Assembly (NCBI GenBank): GCA_965644495.1
Contig: CBFFSA010000001.1
Location: 1,488,001-1,552,000 of the forward strand
Reading direction: 5' to 3'
Length of the DNA: 64,000 nucleotides
Origin: Perkinsela sp. CCAP 1560/9
Lineage: Eukaryota > Protista > Euglenozoa: Kinetoplastea
Below are positions 33,089 to 44,600 of the stretch, piece by piece. The position numbers and the translations under genes are program-made. Every line of letters starts with the position of its first letter. Position 1 is the first letter of the stretch. Under the pieces are notes generated by a model. The model saw only the letters and a program-made list of their open reading frames with translations. It was not told the origin of the DNA and did no database searches.

Positions 33089-34039
33089 CACAAGATGTGT
33101 CTAAATGCAGGAATTCCTTGCGAGAAAGAGCCTCGAAGATTCAGCTCAGTTCACTGCACTACATGCCGGGCACCCATCACCGAAGAAACAAGCTACAACC
33201 ACTCGAAAGTGTGTGCTGGTAGACAGACTCATCGCAATGGGCCTGATTTGGTTATCCATTGGCAAAGCGGAGAAATCTACTACGATCTGACCGTCATTCA
33301 TGAGCTAGCGCCGTCGCGAATTCAACAAAAATGTGGACGCCTCATTAATGAAGCCATTAAACGGAAGCAAGCAACGTACGTCGCATCCGGATTGATTCCC
33401 GCATTATCTTTTCAGTGTCTTCCAGTACTTTCAGGAGGATCCTTGCATAAGAATTTGAAGAATCTACTGGATACTCTAGCAGATGCGTCGGTAGTAAGCA
33501 GGTATCACGTGGCGCTCGAATTTAAACTCATACTCCAAGAAATGAACGGCCTAATTGTATACGATCAGATGCGCAAATATATGCCATGGGACAGCACGGA
33601 ACGAAGATTGAGCATGTAGGAAATAAAGGATCACGTTAATGGCCAGGGGCGCTTCTAGTGTAAATCAGTAGTTTAGGCTGTTGGTTTAGAGTAGAAGCGT
33701 TGGGGCTTAGCGCACCTCGCCACCCGAGCTGCAAACTTCCATTGAAGCGATAAAATTACAAAACAAAATATGTAAAGTCCATATTTCATCATCATAAATA
33801 TATAAAGTCCATATTTCATCATCATAAAGAGAAAAAGAAAAAGAAAAAGAAAATCTTAATGGATAGTTCTTGGATAGTTGGGTTGCTGTTCGTCTGCTGT
33901 AGGTGTAGATTTCTCTTCGTAAATTGAGAGAAGGGGGGAAGGTGAACATTTCTCACATACAAGTGACTTCCTGCTGTAGAGAGCTCATAGGATTTCACGG
34001 GAGAAATAACTCCAAGACTCAAAAACAAAAAAAATTAAG

Positions 34040-34710
34040 CTTGTGAGTTTTATTAAGCTTGTAAAAAAAAATCTTGGACGACTGAGGCAAATAAAGATTT
34101 CCTGAGGGACCTGTCGCCCCGGGGGCGGGCTTGTACGAGAGATTGATGCTCAGCGTTTTCCTTCTCACCTTCCGTGAGACAACTTCGCCGATCGAATCGT
34201 AAACCAAGTTCTGGGAGCTGCGGAAAGACCATCGTACGCTGCATTCGGTGCCTTTTCCCCAGTTCGAGATTTGGTCGACGACGTAGTCTGGGGATATGGG
34301 GGAATTTTCTTCCGTGACGGTTTTCGCACCAGCGCTATCATAATCAGCGTCGGCCTCCGTGTCCAACTCGGGGCAGTGGCGCGACAATGTTTCTTTGGCA
34401 GAGGGTTTCTGTTCATCGCACCGCTTTTTTGACATGGATTTATGAGCTTGTGATTCTTTCTTCGAGTGGGTGTTCGGGCCGTTTGTGAGTTGGCAGGGGT
34501 TATGAACAAAGGATCTTCGTTCGTTTTTCAGTGCGTAGCTCGCTTTATCTTGGGAAAGCGAGATCTTGGCAGGTTCATGACGTTGGGCCTCACGGCTCTG
34601 GGAGACTTTCCGTGGCGGATCGCGCTTATCGCTTTCGGAGCCGGATGATTCGCCTTCCTGTTTCCCTTGAATCAAACGGCGCCAGGTTGGACGTCGATGC
34701 TTCTTTTTGC
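34040..34710 (-). pseudogene. Subfamily I CRE N-terminal fragment
   Basis: WGKGTECSVRWSFR...GNLYLPQSSKI matches the 1161-aa ORF. Confidence 0.8.
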
Positions 34711-34717
34711 GTCTACC

Positions 34718-35821
34718 AAAGTTGTACACTTTCGATGAAGCACATCGAAAGTTGTACACTTTCGATGAATCTTCATCGAAGGTGTTTTTGACTTTTTTTG
34801 ACTTTTTTAACTTTTTGTTTTTGAACGAATTTTTCCATTGGCTGTTGAAAACACGTTGCATGAAACATATAATTTCATTTTAATTTCAATAATTTTTTGT
34901 TTTTTTGTCTGAATTCTGACTTTCCGTTTTCTTTCACATTTTGGCTTGGGGGTACGTTCGTTGATTTCTCAACGAACGTACCCTGTGACCGTAAAAAATC
35001 TGCAGGACCTTAGAGGGAGGAGGAAGAAAGGCCCAACTGATAACTACTTGATAATCTTGATAATCTTGACCAACTACCTTGATAACAAATTTTAGTACCC
35101 ATTCGTGGGAAGCAATTTGCGAAGCCCAACTACCTTGATAACAAATTTTAGTACCCATTTTGGCCGCGCGGGGGCCCCCGCGTGAGCGGGGGTGCGCGCG
35201 GCCGCGAAACGGCGAGGGCCCGCGTGAGCGGGCCTGAGCCGTACCCCGCGTAGGGTTCCCCTGTGCGTCGTTAGTGGGAAGCAATTTGCGAAGCTCACTG
35301 AATTTCGTAGTTTTCGCTACGCAGGCGTTGTCAACGTATATAGCGAAGTGTAGGATACTGAACGCACGGAAAATGAAAATCAAAAAAAAATTCTTGGATG
35401 TTCCACAAAAGTCCTTGACTTATGCAAAAGTCCTTGATTTCCACCGTGAATTTCCGTTCGTTGAGTACTCAACGAAAATCCGGCACTTCGTTGAGTACTC
35501 AACGAAAATGCTGTGTTTACCCCTTCCGCAGGATTGTCGCTCAAAATATGTATATGGATCAGTCAAAAACGCTTCGATGAAGATAAACTGAAGAAACGGT
35601 GAAATTCCTCTACGAGCCTTCACAAAACACTTCGATGATGCACCAAAAAAGTCAAAATGTCTATATGGATCCGCGAAAACCGTTTGCGTGAAGATTTAAA
35701 AAAATAAAAAAAATGTCAAAAACACCTTCGATGAAGATTCATCGAAAGTGTACAACTTTCAATGTGCTTCATCGAAAGTTGTACACTTTCGATGAAGCTT
35801 CATCGAAGGTCCCCCCTACCC
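34718..35821 (-). mobile_element. Inverted copy of the 31677-32732 TIR element with one terminus lost
   Basis: Reverse-complement near-identity; intact terminus cccccctaccc at 35811-35821. Confidence 0.9.
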
Positions 35822-37091
35822 ACGGATCTATGCCTACATTGACGATATCAGCATTGCGTCAACCGAGCCGGAACTTATCGCAAAAGCTTACTTCCGCCTA
35901 AGGGAACTGCTGCTCGAGAAACGAGTGGATATGGCCCCTCAAAAGTGTGTCTGGTTCGAAGGAACACAAAAAATCCCTCTTCCGAATCCATTACAAGGAG
36001 CTGGCGTGGCAACTGAAGCACAAGCGATAAAGGTTCTGGGGGCTTTTGTTGGAGAACCAGACATCGTAAGTGAGAAGCTTCTGCAAAAGCTCGAAAAGCA
36101 CCAAACTATCTTCCGTCGTCTACGTCGGACACCCGTTCGAGAAAGGGAGGGAAGGGAGTTCTCTCCAGGAAAAAGTTCATGAGGTATATAAAATAGATTT
36201 GATACTTCGCGAAGTTGATATTACAGTACTGGTGAAGATAATGTCTTTTACTCTGTTGTCCATGATGGATGTTATATTTCGGTAGCTCTGTAGTTCTACA
36301 GATTAAACATTACAGTTTACATACGCTTACTATATCTGATTGACTATATGTTTTTCTTCCGGAAGTGCAATTCATCATTGCACCTTACGCGACAATTCGA
36401 CTCCAGGGTATCAGATACGCTACAGACGTGGTTTGGAGAACTCACAGCAGAACAACTTTCTTGGGCACGCCTTCCCCTCAAAAAAGGCGGGCTTGGACTT
36501 ACTCCCTCAGAACCTCTTCGAGAGGCAGCCTACACTCGTTCGAAACTTGCAGCAACGGAGCGACCATCTCACCTTTCAGCTCCCGCCGCTCGTTTAGGCG
36601 TAGTGCAGAGCCAACCTCAACTCAGCCAGCACGCCCCTACGGAGGAAGAAGAAGTCACCGAGGAACTCTACCACAACGACATACGGGACAAATTAATGAC
36701 AGACAAAACGCAAGCCCACATAATACGAGCAGCTAGCTCCAAAGGTAACTATTCATGGCTCACCTCAAATTCTAGACTTGTACCTACGCGACTTTTCAAG
36801 TTAGCAGTTATGCCATGCATTGGGATTGCACATCCGAGCCTCCCCTCCAATTTACAGTGTCCAGGGTGCCATGCATTACTTACCCCCCGTACAGCGCTCA
36901 CGCACGTGTCCGGGTGCGTCAAATGTTCAGGCAATAACGCAACGGCAAAGCACAACAGGATGGTTCGGAATATTTATGAATTATGCATAAAATCAGGTCT
37001 GCCCTGTGAGCTGGAACCCAGACAGTTCTCCACCTATACTTGCGCAAAATGTGGAGCAAGCGTGGATGGCGACGGCAAATCCCATCACCAA
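35822..37091 (+). pseudogene. Subfamily II CRE RT-to-knuckle fragment, interrupted at ~36128-36360 and continued at 41257
   Basis: RIYAYIDD..KCVWFEG..KVLGAFVG; LPLKKGGLGL; CPGC; GKSHHQ|RTCGSGSFYHSGPD. Confidence 0.85.
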
Positions 37092-40000
37092 CCTGTACCT
37101 TGTTGAATTATTTTTCTTTTTCTACTCTTTTTTAATCGCTTCATGGCACGCCTTGCCCGTGGAACTTCTCAGACGTCGAAAGGCTTCGGTGTGAAATCAT
37201 GTAGATTGACGGTAAAATTACGAAAACAAGAGCAGAACAACAATGAGAACAACGAGGTGAAGAGTATGGCTTCGGCGTCGGAGAAACCTAAGAAGACCCC
37301 ACGCATCCGCATCATTGGGTCTACGCCCCTGTCGAAAAATTGGGTCGATCACGGGATGACACTGGACGAACAAAACAAAACTCCATCTCAAGCCGACAAT
37401 AAAAACATCATTAAAATTACTTCGCAGAGATTTAATTTGGATCGCGCGATCAAATCCACCATTGATTGTAAAACTTCAGCGCAGCATCCGGCAGCAGACA
37501 ATATTCCGAACGGGAACGAAATGGAAAATGACGACTCGGACTACGATCACGATGTCGCTGGAGTCGACGACACCATGTCACTGGATAGCGAAAGCGAGGT
37601 GGAGCGACTGATGGGGACGAACAGCAACAACTTTAAAGCAGCAGATCATGTTCACAAAGTTGTAGCACATTGGGGAAAAGGTACGGAATGCGTGATGGAA
37701 TGGGGTTTTCGACAAAGCTCTACGACATACAAATCAAAAGGAACGGTAGTTGGACGATCCGCAAGACAAGGGCAGGTGAAAATTAAGATTTCCTATGAGC
37801 CAGCTCCTGGGAACGACGGCCCCAAAGGTTTTCTTTATCTTCCCCAATCTAGCAAAATCAAAATTTGTAGTCTTCGGGCGACTAAACTTGTTAAAGTTGA
37901 GGTGCAGGCAAAGAACTTTGAAGAAGAAGCATCTAAAATTTCATCTGAAGATGGTCAAAGTGATCTCGAACCTCTGCCACATATGGCGCGAATTGATCCA
38001 TCTTTCTCAGTCCATGTGGTGGCTATCTTTCGTGCCATCATCCGCGGTTACTCAAATGCAAAGCTCGACTCTGAAAAGGAAGCAATATGGCACAAATTCC
38101 TCAACGCCCCTCGAGACTCCTTGGCTTCAGTTCGCACCTTAGCTAGACGAACCACAACTGTAGGCCATGTCAGAAAGATGGAGCATCTTGACGCGGATAA
38201 CTCCCTCACCCCTGAAGAACGTGAAGAACTACAAATAGACAAACGCTCGATTCGCAATGCTTTAAACACGGCGCGAGCTGGGAATACTGGTAAAGCGGTC
38301 CGCATTCTCGACAACATTTATCGAGATTCCCCGCTGACAGCCGAGGAAAAAGTTCGGAAACTCAAAGAGCTTCATCCAGAAGGCCCCGCCATTGACATCC
38401 CTATAGCTGATTTTCCTAGGATTGCTGTTGTCGAACAATCGGAATTCCGCCTAGCAGTCGAAAGATTGGCAAAGGGAGCCTCTCCAGGGCCGAGTGGATC
38501 AAGTGAAAGCATGGTGCGGTTGCTCGCCGATGACGATGAAGCGTGCCTTTCATTATGCCACATGATCCGTGATGTCATCAACGGTGAGATTCCTTTTAGC
38601 GTTCGAAAGCGACTCACACGATGTAGAATAATTGCCCTCCCGAAGCCACAAAATGGAATACGACCGGTAGCCATGGGTGACACCATTTTGAAAATATGCG
38701 GATCGATCTTGCTTCAGCGACACGAATCTAATCTAAAGGGTTTCTTTGCGCCTATCCAACGAGGAGTGCTCCATAAAAATGCGTGTGAGTCCATTATTCA
38801 TGAGTTGTTGCGAGAATACGACGAGGGACATGCACTGCTGACGGTGGATTTTAGCAACGCATATAACACGCCACATCGCGATGCCATTGCAAAGTCACTG
38901 ACCGAGAATCCGATTTTCAAACCCTTTATGCGGCTTTTCTTTCTAGAGTATGGGCTTCCTTCCGAGCTACTTTTCTTTGCGCATAACTCCCTTTTCGCAA
39001 CCATCGACAGCACCTCTGGAATTCGTCAAGGGTCTGCTCTATCTTCGATGTATTTCTGCGCGCTTTTACAGGGACCACTTCGTGAAGTTGCCGGCCTCTA
39101 TCCCGATGTCAATATTCGAGCATATCAAGACGACGTGACTCTAAGCTCCAAAAATGTGAAATCGCTCGAGGCAGCGTTCCTGCACCTACGGGAAATCACC
39201 GGAGAGATTAACCTTCAAGTTAAGTTTGAAAAGTGTGAATGGTTTCAGAAAGACACCCCATGCACTGGCGAATCTTCATTGGAGGGGTTAGGCGTCAATT
39301 TCCGCACAGATACACTAAAAATTCTCGGGGCTTATATTGGCGGAGATGAGATTGTGGAGGACCTACTTATCAAGAAAATGAGCAAACACCAATGCCTCTT
39401 TCGTCGCCTCCTGCTCATGGGACCTAGTAACCTATCTCTGGCCATTCTACGGCGATGTATGATCCCCCGGCAAGACTATCATTTAAGGGTACATCGACCC
39501 CATGCTACCCGACGACTTGCAGAAGCATTTGAGAAACAAGTTCACAAGGTTGTTGAAAAATGGTGCGGCGCCGATGAAACCGCCTTTCAACTTGCAGCAC
39601 TCCCACAAAAGCTTGGTGGCTTAGGTCTGATTTCCTCCGTTCTCAAGCAAAAGTTCTTTTTTGAATCCTCCCAAACATCTATTGATGAGCACTTTCAACC
39701 CACTTACGCTCCGGTAGATCTTACAGGCGGGAACAAAACAAGCGCGAAGGCTCAGAGTCGCGGAGAAATTGCTCAAAAGCTACTGAAGAAGAAAATGACC
39801 ACTGAGCACGAGAAACAACTGGCAGAGTTGAAGAAAAACGGTCGAATAGAACACATCTTGAAGCGCACGAAAGAAGCAAATCTTCATCTCGAGAGCACTA
39901 GTAATTATATAAATCCATACCTTTTTCGCTACACGCTTATGATGCGCTTGGGAATCGGTCTTTCGAAAGCACCCGCTAAGATTACTTGTCCGGGCTGCTG

Positions 40001-41248
40001 CAGTCAAGAGTCGCCTTCCAGTATCATTTCCCACGTCGCAGGATGCTCCCGGTGCTCAGGAATGAACTGTACGCGCAAGCACTCCCACATCGTCCGTTAT
40101 CTCGCCGATTTGTGTTCCAAAGCTGGATTGCCTTCGGTCATTGAGCCACGCATATATTCCTCCTATTTCTGCACGAAATGTAAATGCACCATCTCAGCCG
40201 AGGTTTCCGAGCAACATCCGTGCAAAGCCCGCCGCATTCGTTCTGGCCCCGACCTTGCCATCATGTGGCCCCACATGGGGGAAGTCCTGTACGATTTCAC
40301 CGTTGTTCACACTTGCTGCGCCAGCTATGCCAAACAAACTAGCACAGCACTGATGCAGCAAGTTATTGATAAGAAGTTCAAGAAATACGTCGTAGAAAAA
40401 GGCGTCGATAGCGATTCTTTTCGTTGCCTGGCCACAACTGATTGTGGCCTACTACATAACGACACGAAAGTGCTGTTGAAGGCGTTGGCGAACCGAGCCC
40501 AGTTAAAATACGAAAACGTACGGCAAGCCCTTCAGCTCGAAATCGAAAAGATGACGGCATACACGGTTGTTTCGCAACTTCGTCATTACATCCCGAAGGA
40601 GAACTGGATCGGAGGACTTCGATCTTAGGTCAAAAATGTTCCTCAAATGCGAACAAAGCTTTCTGTCTTTCTCCCTTCCCTTCTCTCTCTTTTCTTTACT
40701 CTTTCTCTTGCCTAGAGAAAGACCTCAGCGAGCTCTCCCCCCTTTCCTCCTCCTACGAATCCTAATCCTAATATTAGATTTCATTGAGAGTTACGAATGT
40801 TGCTAGTTTCCTTGATGATCGTACCGTTGTTTAGGTTTCTCATTAATACTACTACTCTTCCCCCTCTTCCGCCTATGCAGAATCGTGAGAACTTGTATGT
40901 ATTGTTTCTGGTAGAAATATTGTTCTGTTTGTTGATTTTGTGTTGTGTGAAGGCTATTCGTAAACACTGAAAGTCTATGAAAAGAAACTGAGATGAATGT
41001 TCACAGACAGTGACACTAAACAAAAGGATTAAATCCCCAAATGCATATATACGAATTATTGTCCCCGAAATATAATATGATTTTTCTGAAAACCGAAAAA
41101 AAAAGAGCAATGCAGGTGTTCGTCAAGGCTCTAAAAGTTTACGATAAGAATTGATCAAAGGAGATGGGACCTCATTATTCAGGATGCCCCCTACCGGGGG
41201 TTTTCCCCCCGAAACAAATCTCCCCCCGAATTAAAAAAAAAAAAAAAA
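37092..41248 (+). mobile_element. Full-length subfamily I CRE-like retrotransposon: SL remnant, ORF, 3'UTR, polyA and an 8-bp TSD
   Basis: TSD atcaccaa at 37084-37091 and 41249-41256; ctgtaccttgttg at 37093-37105; polyA at 41233-41248. Confidence 0.93.
37143..40628 (+). CDS. Intact 1161-aa RT-RLE polyprotein (subfamily I)
   Basis: VDFSNAYN, GIRQGSALS, AYQDD, LGGLGL, three Cys/His clusters, GPD..YDFTV..KKFKKY. Confidence 0.95.
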   Translation: MARLARGTSQTSKGFGVKSCRLTVKLRKQEQNNNENNEVKSMASASEKPKKTPRIRIIGSTPLSKNWVDHGMTLDEQNKTPSQADNKNIIKITSQRFNLDRAIKSTIDCKTSAQHPAADNIPNGNEMENDDSDYDHDVAGVDDTMSLDSESEVERLMGTNSNNFKAADHVHKVVAHWGKGTECVMEWGFRQSSTTYKSKGTVVGRSARQGQVKIKISYEPAPGNDGPKGFLYLPQSSKIKICSLRATKLVKVEVQAKNFEEEASKISSEDGQSDLEPLPHMARIDPSFSVHVVAIFRAIIRGYSNAKLDSEKEAIWHKFLNAPRDSLASVRTLARRTTTVGHVRKMEHLDADNSLTPEEREELQIDKRSIRNALNTARAGNTGKAVRILDNIYRDSPLTAEEKVRKLKELHPEGPAIDIPIADFPRIAVVEQSEFRLAVERLAKGASPGPSGSSESMVRLLADDDEACLSLCHMIRDVINGEIPFSVRKRLTRCRIIALPKPQNGIRPVAMGDTILKICGSILLQRHESNLKGFFAPIQRGVLHKNACESIIHELLREYDEGHALLTVDFSNAYNTPHRDAIAKSLTENPIFKPFMRLFFLEYGLPSELLFFAHNSLFATIDSTSGIRQGSALSSMYFCALLQGPLREVAGLYPDVNIRAYQDDVTLSSKNVKSLEAAFLHLREITGEINLQVKFEKCEWFQKDTPCTGESSLEGLGVNFRTDTLKILGAYIGGDEIVEDLLIKKMSKHQCLFRRLLLMGPSNLSLAILRRCMIPRQDYHLRVHRPHATRRLAEAFEKQVHKVVEKWCGADETAFQLAALPQKLGGLGLISSVLKQKFFFESSQTSIDEHFQPTYAPVDLTGGNKTSAKAQSRGEIAQKLLKKKMTTEHEKQLAELKKNGRIEHILKRTKEANLHLESTSNYINPYLFRYTLMMRLGIGLSKAPAKITCPGCCSQESPSSIISHVAGCSRCSGMNCTRKHSHIVRYLADLCSKAGLPSVIEPRIYSSYFCTKCKCTISAEVSEQHPCKARRIRSGPDLAIMWPHMGEVLYDFTVVHTCCASYAKQTSTALMQQVIDKKFKKYVVEKGVDSDSFRCLATTDCGLLHNDTKVLLKALANRAQLKYENVRQALQLEIEKMTAYTVVSQLRHYIPKENWIGGLRS

Positions 41249-41621
41249 ATCACCAAAGAACCTGCGGATCCGGATCTTTTTATCATTCGGGCCCAGATAT
41301 CGTGATTCATTGGGCAAGCGGAGATGTATACTACGATTTCACCATCGTCCACGAGCTATCGCAATCAAATGTTGGACGTAGCACCGCTCAGCTTTTCCGA
41401 ATCGTGGCCAAGGAGTCTCTGGGTGCATTTAAAAGCTTGTGCCGAATGATGGATTTTTCTAATTCTGTCTTGGCTTTTGGGTACGCACCGATGATTTTTT
41501 TTCGTAAACTTTTATAGTTTTTTTTTTTTTTCATTCTTATATTATATGTTCTTAGATTCTCAGCGTTAGATTCTCAGCGAATTGAAATCAGTGCACTGGC
41601 GAAGGCGCATTGTTCCGTGCT

Positions 41622-44600
41622 TTAGAAGGCATATTCCCGACTTTTGTCCTCCTTGCGAAGGTATCGACTCAGCTGTGAATATGCTACCGCCCCATTAAGC
41701 TCCTGCAACAATAGCTGAAATTCGGCATAAACGCGTTTGCGCTGCATTCCACAGGCATCTGCGAGAGCATCCATAAGAGCCTTCGTGTTTGAATGCATTG
41801 CACCCCCTGAGAGGACAGGTATACATTGAAAGCTTTCAGCCATGATCTTCCCGGTCTTGACGTATGTGTCATGTTTTCGTCGACAGGCGTCGCGGAATAA
41901 ATGTGCACACTTTGTGTCAAGGTTTGAGGGTGCCAATTCGTGGATGACTGTTAGATCGTAGTATATCTCGCCGGTTGCCCAATATATAACAATGTCAGGA
42001 CCGGACCGATGAAACGACCGCCCACCACACGTTTTCTCGTGAAGTTTTCGGTGATTGGGGTTAACGATCTCGTTACATTGTGTGCAGCGGAAAGTTGACA
42101 GTGCACGGGGCTCCTTTTCGCACGGAATGCCTGTTTTCATGCAGAGTTCGTAAATGAAGTTGACCAGAGTGTTGTGTTTAGTCGTGGCATTGAGACCACT
42201 GCATTTTGTACAGCCCATGATGTGTGTCAAGATTGAATCGGAGTCAAGAAGAATTCTGCAGCCGGGGCATGTGATGTGTGATGGCAGATCTGGGTGAGCG
42301 ATTCCCAATCGGGGCATGACGGCGAGACTGAACAGGTGTGATGGTATGAGTCGCGCGTCAGAGTGCGTCCATCCGTTATTGCCTTTGTGTGTTACTTTTT
42401 CGAGTACCTTCGCTATGTTTGATTGCTCGCGGGTCATCTTTTTCCAAATTTTGATGTGCTTTTGAGCCGCCGTCGTGGTTTCGTCTACCGGAGGTATGTT
42501 GCTCTGAAGGTGGTCCGCTGATCCAACATTTCGCTCCCTGATTCCATCTGTCCGAGCTGAATTGTTTATGGGGCGCTCAAGAACAGAGTGGCATGAGGAG
42601 CGGTACGCGGCCTCTCGCGTGGAAGAGCAGTCTGTCAAGCCAAGTCCTCCTTTTTTTGTGGGCATTCGCAGCAACGCGATTTGTTCATCCGAGAGATGTC
42701 CGAACCATGATGTAAGAACGTTTTCTACCTCTTTGTCGAATCGGGTCGCTAGTTCAGCTGAAGCGGTGGGGTTGTGTGCACGGAGGTGGTAGGCCTGTCT
42801 AACGTTTATACATCTGGAAAGCAGATTGCACGATACATTGTTAACCCCCATCAATTTGAGCCGTCGGAAGCTGTCGTTGTGCTTCGTCAGTGACTGTATT
42901 AGGCGTTCGCTGACCGATTTGTCGTCCCCGATGAAAGCCCCAAGGATTTTCGTTGCTTTTTTTTTGGTGATTACCCCGGCGCTTTCTAATTCTTGTGGTA
43001 ATGGTTCTTCTTCCAGTCCGCCAAACCAGACACATTTTTTGGGAGCAACTATTAGATTTTGTTCCTCTAGAAGCGTTTTTAGTCGGGAGAAGGCACTGGC
43101 CAATCGCTCGGGGTTTTTTGACGCAATAGTTACATCATCGAAATAAGCGTTGATTGTGATATCAGGGTGCTCTGCAGACAGAGTTTCAAGTATTGGTTGC
43201 AATAGGGCACAGAAATAAACCGATGAAAGTGTGGACCCTTGTCGGACACCATTTGTGCTTGGAATTGTTCCTACATGGTGACCTTGATTTCCGTAGTATA
43301 GCAACTCAGATGCCGTTGCGTATTCAGCATGGAAAAACCTCTGGAAGGGTTTCAATGTAGCAAGACCATATACGGCTTTCGCCAGGGCTGGTCGCGATGG
43401 GGAGTTGAAGGCGTTTTTTACATCTACGGATAGGATGCACGAGCCGTCGCGATATAGGGAGTTTAGCCGATGTACAATCTTCTCGCAGCCTGACTTAGAT
43501 AGAACTCCTTGTTGGAGCGGCGCAAATAGCGGTTGCAGGGTGGGTTCAAATCGCTGAACAAGGACCAAGCCAGAAAGTTTCATTAGGACTTCACCAATTG
43601 CGATCGGGCGGATGCCTCCATCAGGCTTGGGAATACCAATTAACCTTGCTCGTGTTAATCGGCGCATCAGTTCTTTAGTGAGAAATCCATTGATCAGGTC
43701 CTGAATCATGTGGCAAAGACTCCCGCAGCATACAGGGTCATCGATGAGTATGCGTACTATCGTGTCCGTCGTACCAGTTGGTCCGGGGCTAGCTCCTTTG
43801 GCGAGGCGCAACCCAGCAGAGCGGAGTTCAGTAGGGGTGAGTCCGCCTATTAGGGGGGCGTCACATGGAAGATCAAGTTCGTATGGGTTTTGTGGGTGTA
43901 AGTCTTGAAGTTTCTTGAATGTCTCTTCTTCGGATAAGTATTGCTTCTCAATTTTGCGGTCAAGCACTTGAGCTCCTTTCCTGGCATATCCTTCTATCAC
44001 GAGCCGTGTTGCTCTTTTAATGGCTCGTTTATCAGAAGCCGTGAGGTCTCCCTTGTTCTCCGAAAGTTCGTCTCCATTGTCTTCTTTTCCATTCGAACGA
44101 TCCAAAAGTGCTTTCCCATCTTTCATATTCTGTTGGGCTGAGTCTCGCGCTGTTTCCTCCGGCGGGAATGGTCGCCGACATCTGTTGCGATTGGGTTGTT
44201 GTCGAAGTGTAGCTAAGGATGTTTTCATGGCCGAGAGGACCGCGTGCCAGATTTTGTGTCTTTGTGGGTAAGGGCTGTTCGCGTAGTCACTCATTATTTC
44301 TCGGTATGTGGCGATGACGCCTGGTATTAACTCAGGCCTCATAACTCGTGATGTTGGGATAGGTGCGCGGTCCAGATCGTCGTCAGTCCAATCAGGGACG
44401 GGAAGGGCTGCATTGGGAATGTGCGGGATCGACTGGTTCAGCTTCGGTGGACAGGTTTCTGGGGGCGGTGGAGTACAGTGCCATATAATTCTGTACACTC
44501 TAACCGTTTCTTGTGGTGGCAGCGTTCCGAAAAATTCTTCATCGATCTTGTGGCCTGCAATACCTTTGTATTGCAAGTTCAATTTGGCGGCACCTTTTCT

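Larger units (their letters stand above)
17783..33619 (+). mobile_element. Subfamily II CRE element whose ORF is split into 17783-20193, 29922-30654 and 33098-33619
   Basis: The pieces rejoin in frame (ILGAYIG|NNATMKEKL; YIHKM|CLNAGIPCEKEPR) into an uninterrupted ~1221-aa RT-RLE protein with LDLKNAFN, GVRQGSPL and AYIDD. Confidence 0.92.
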
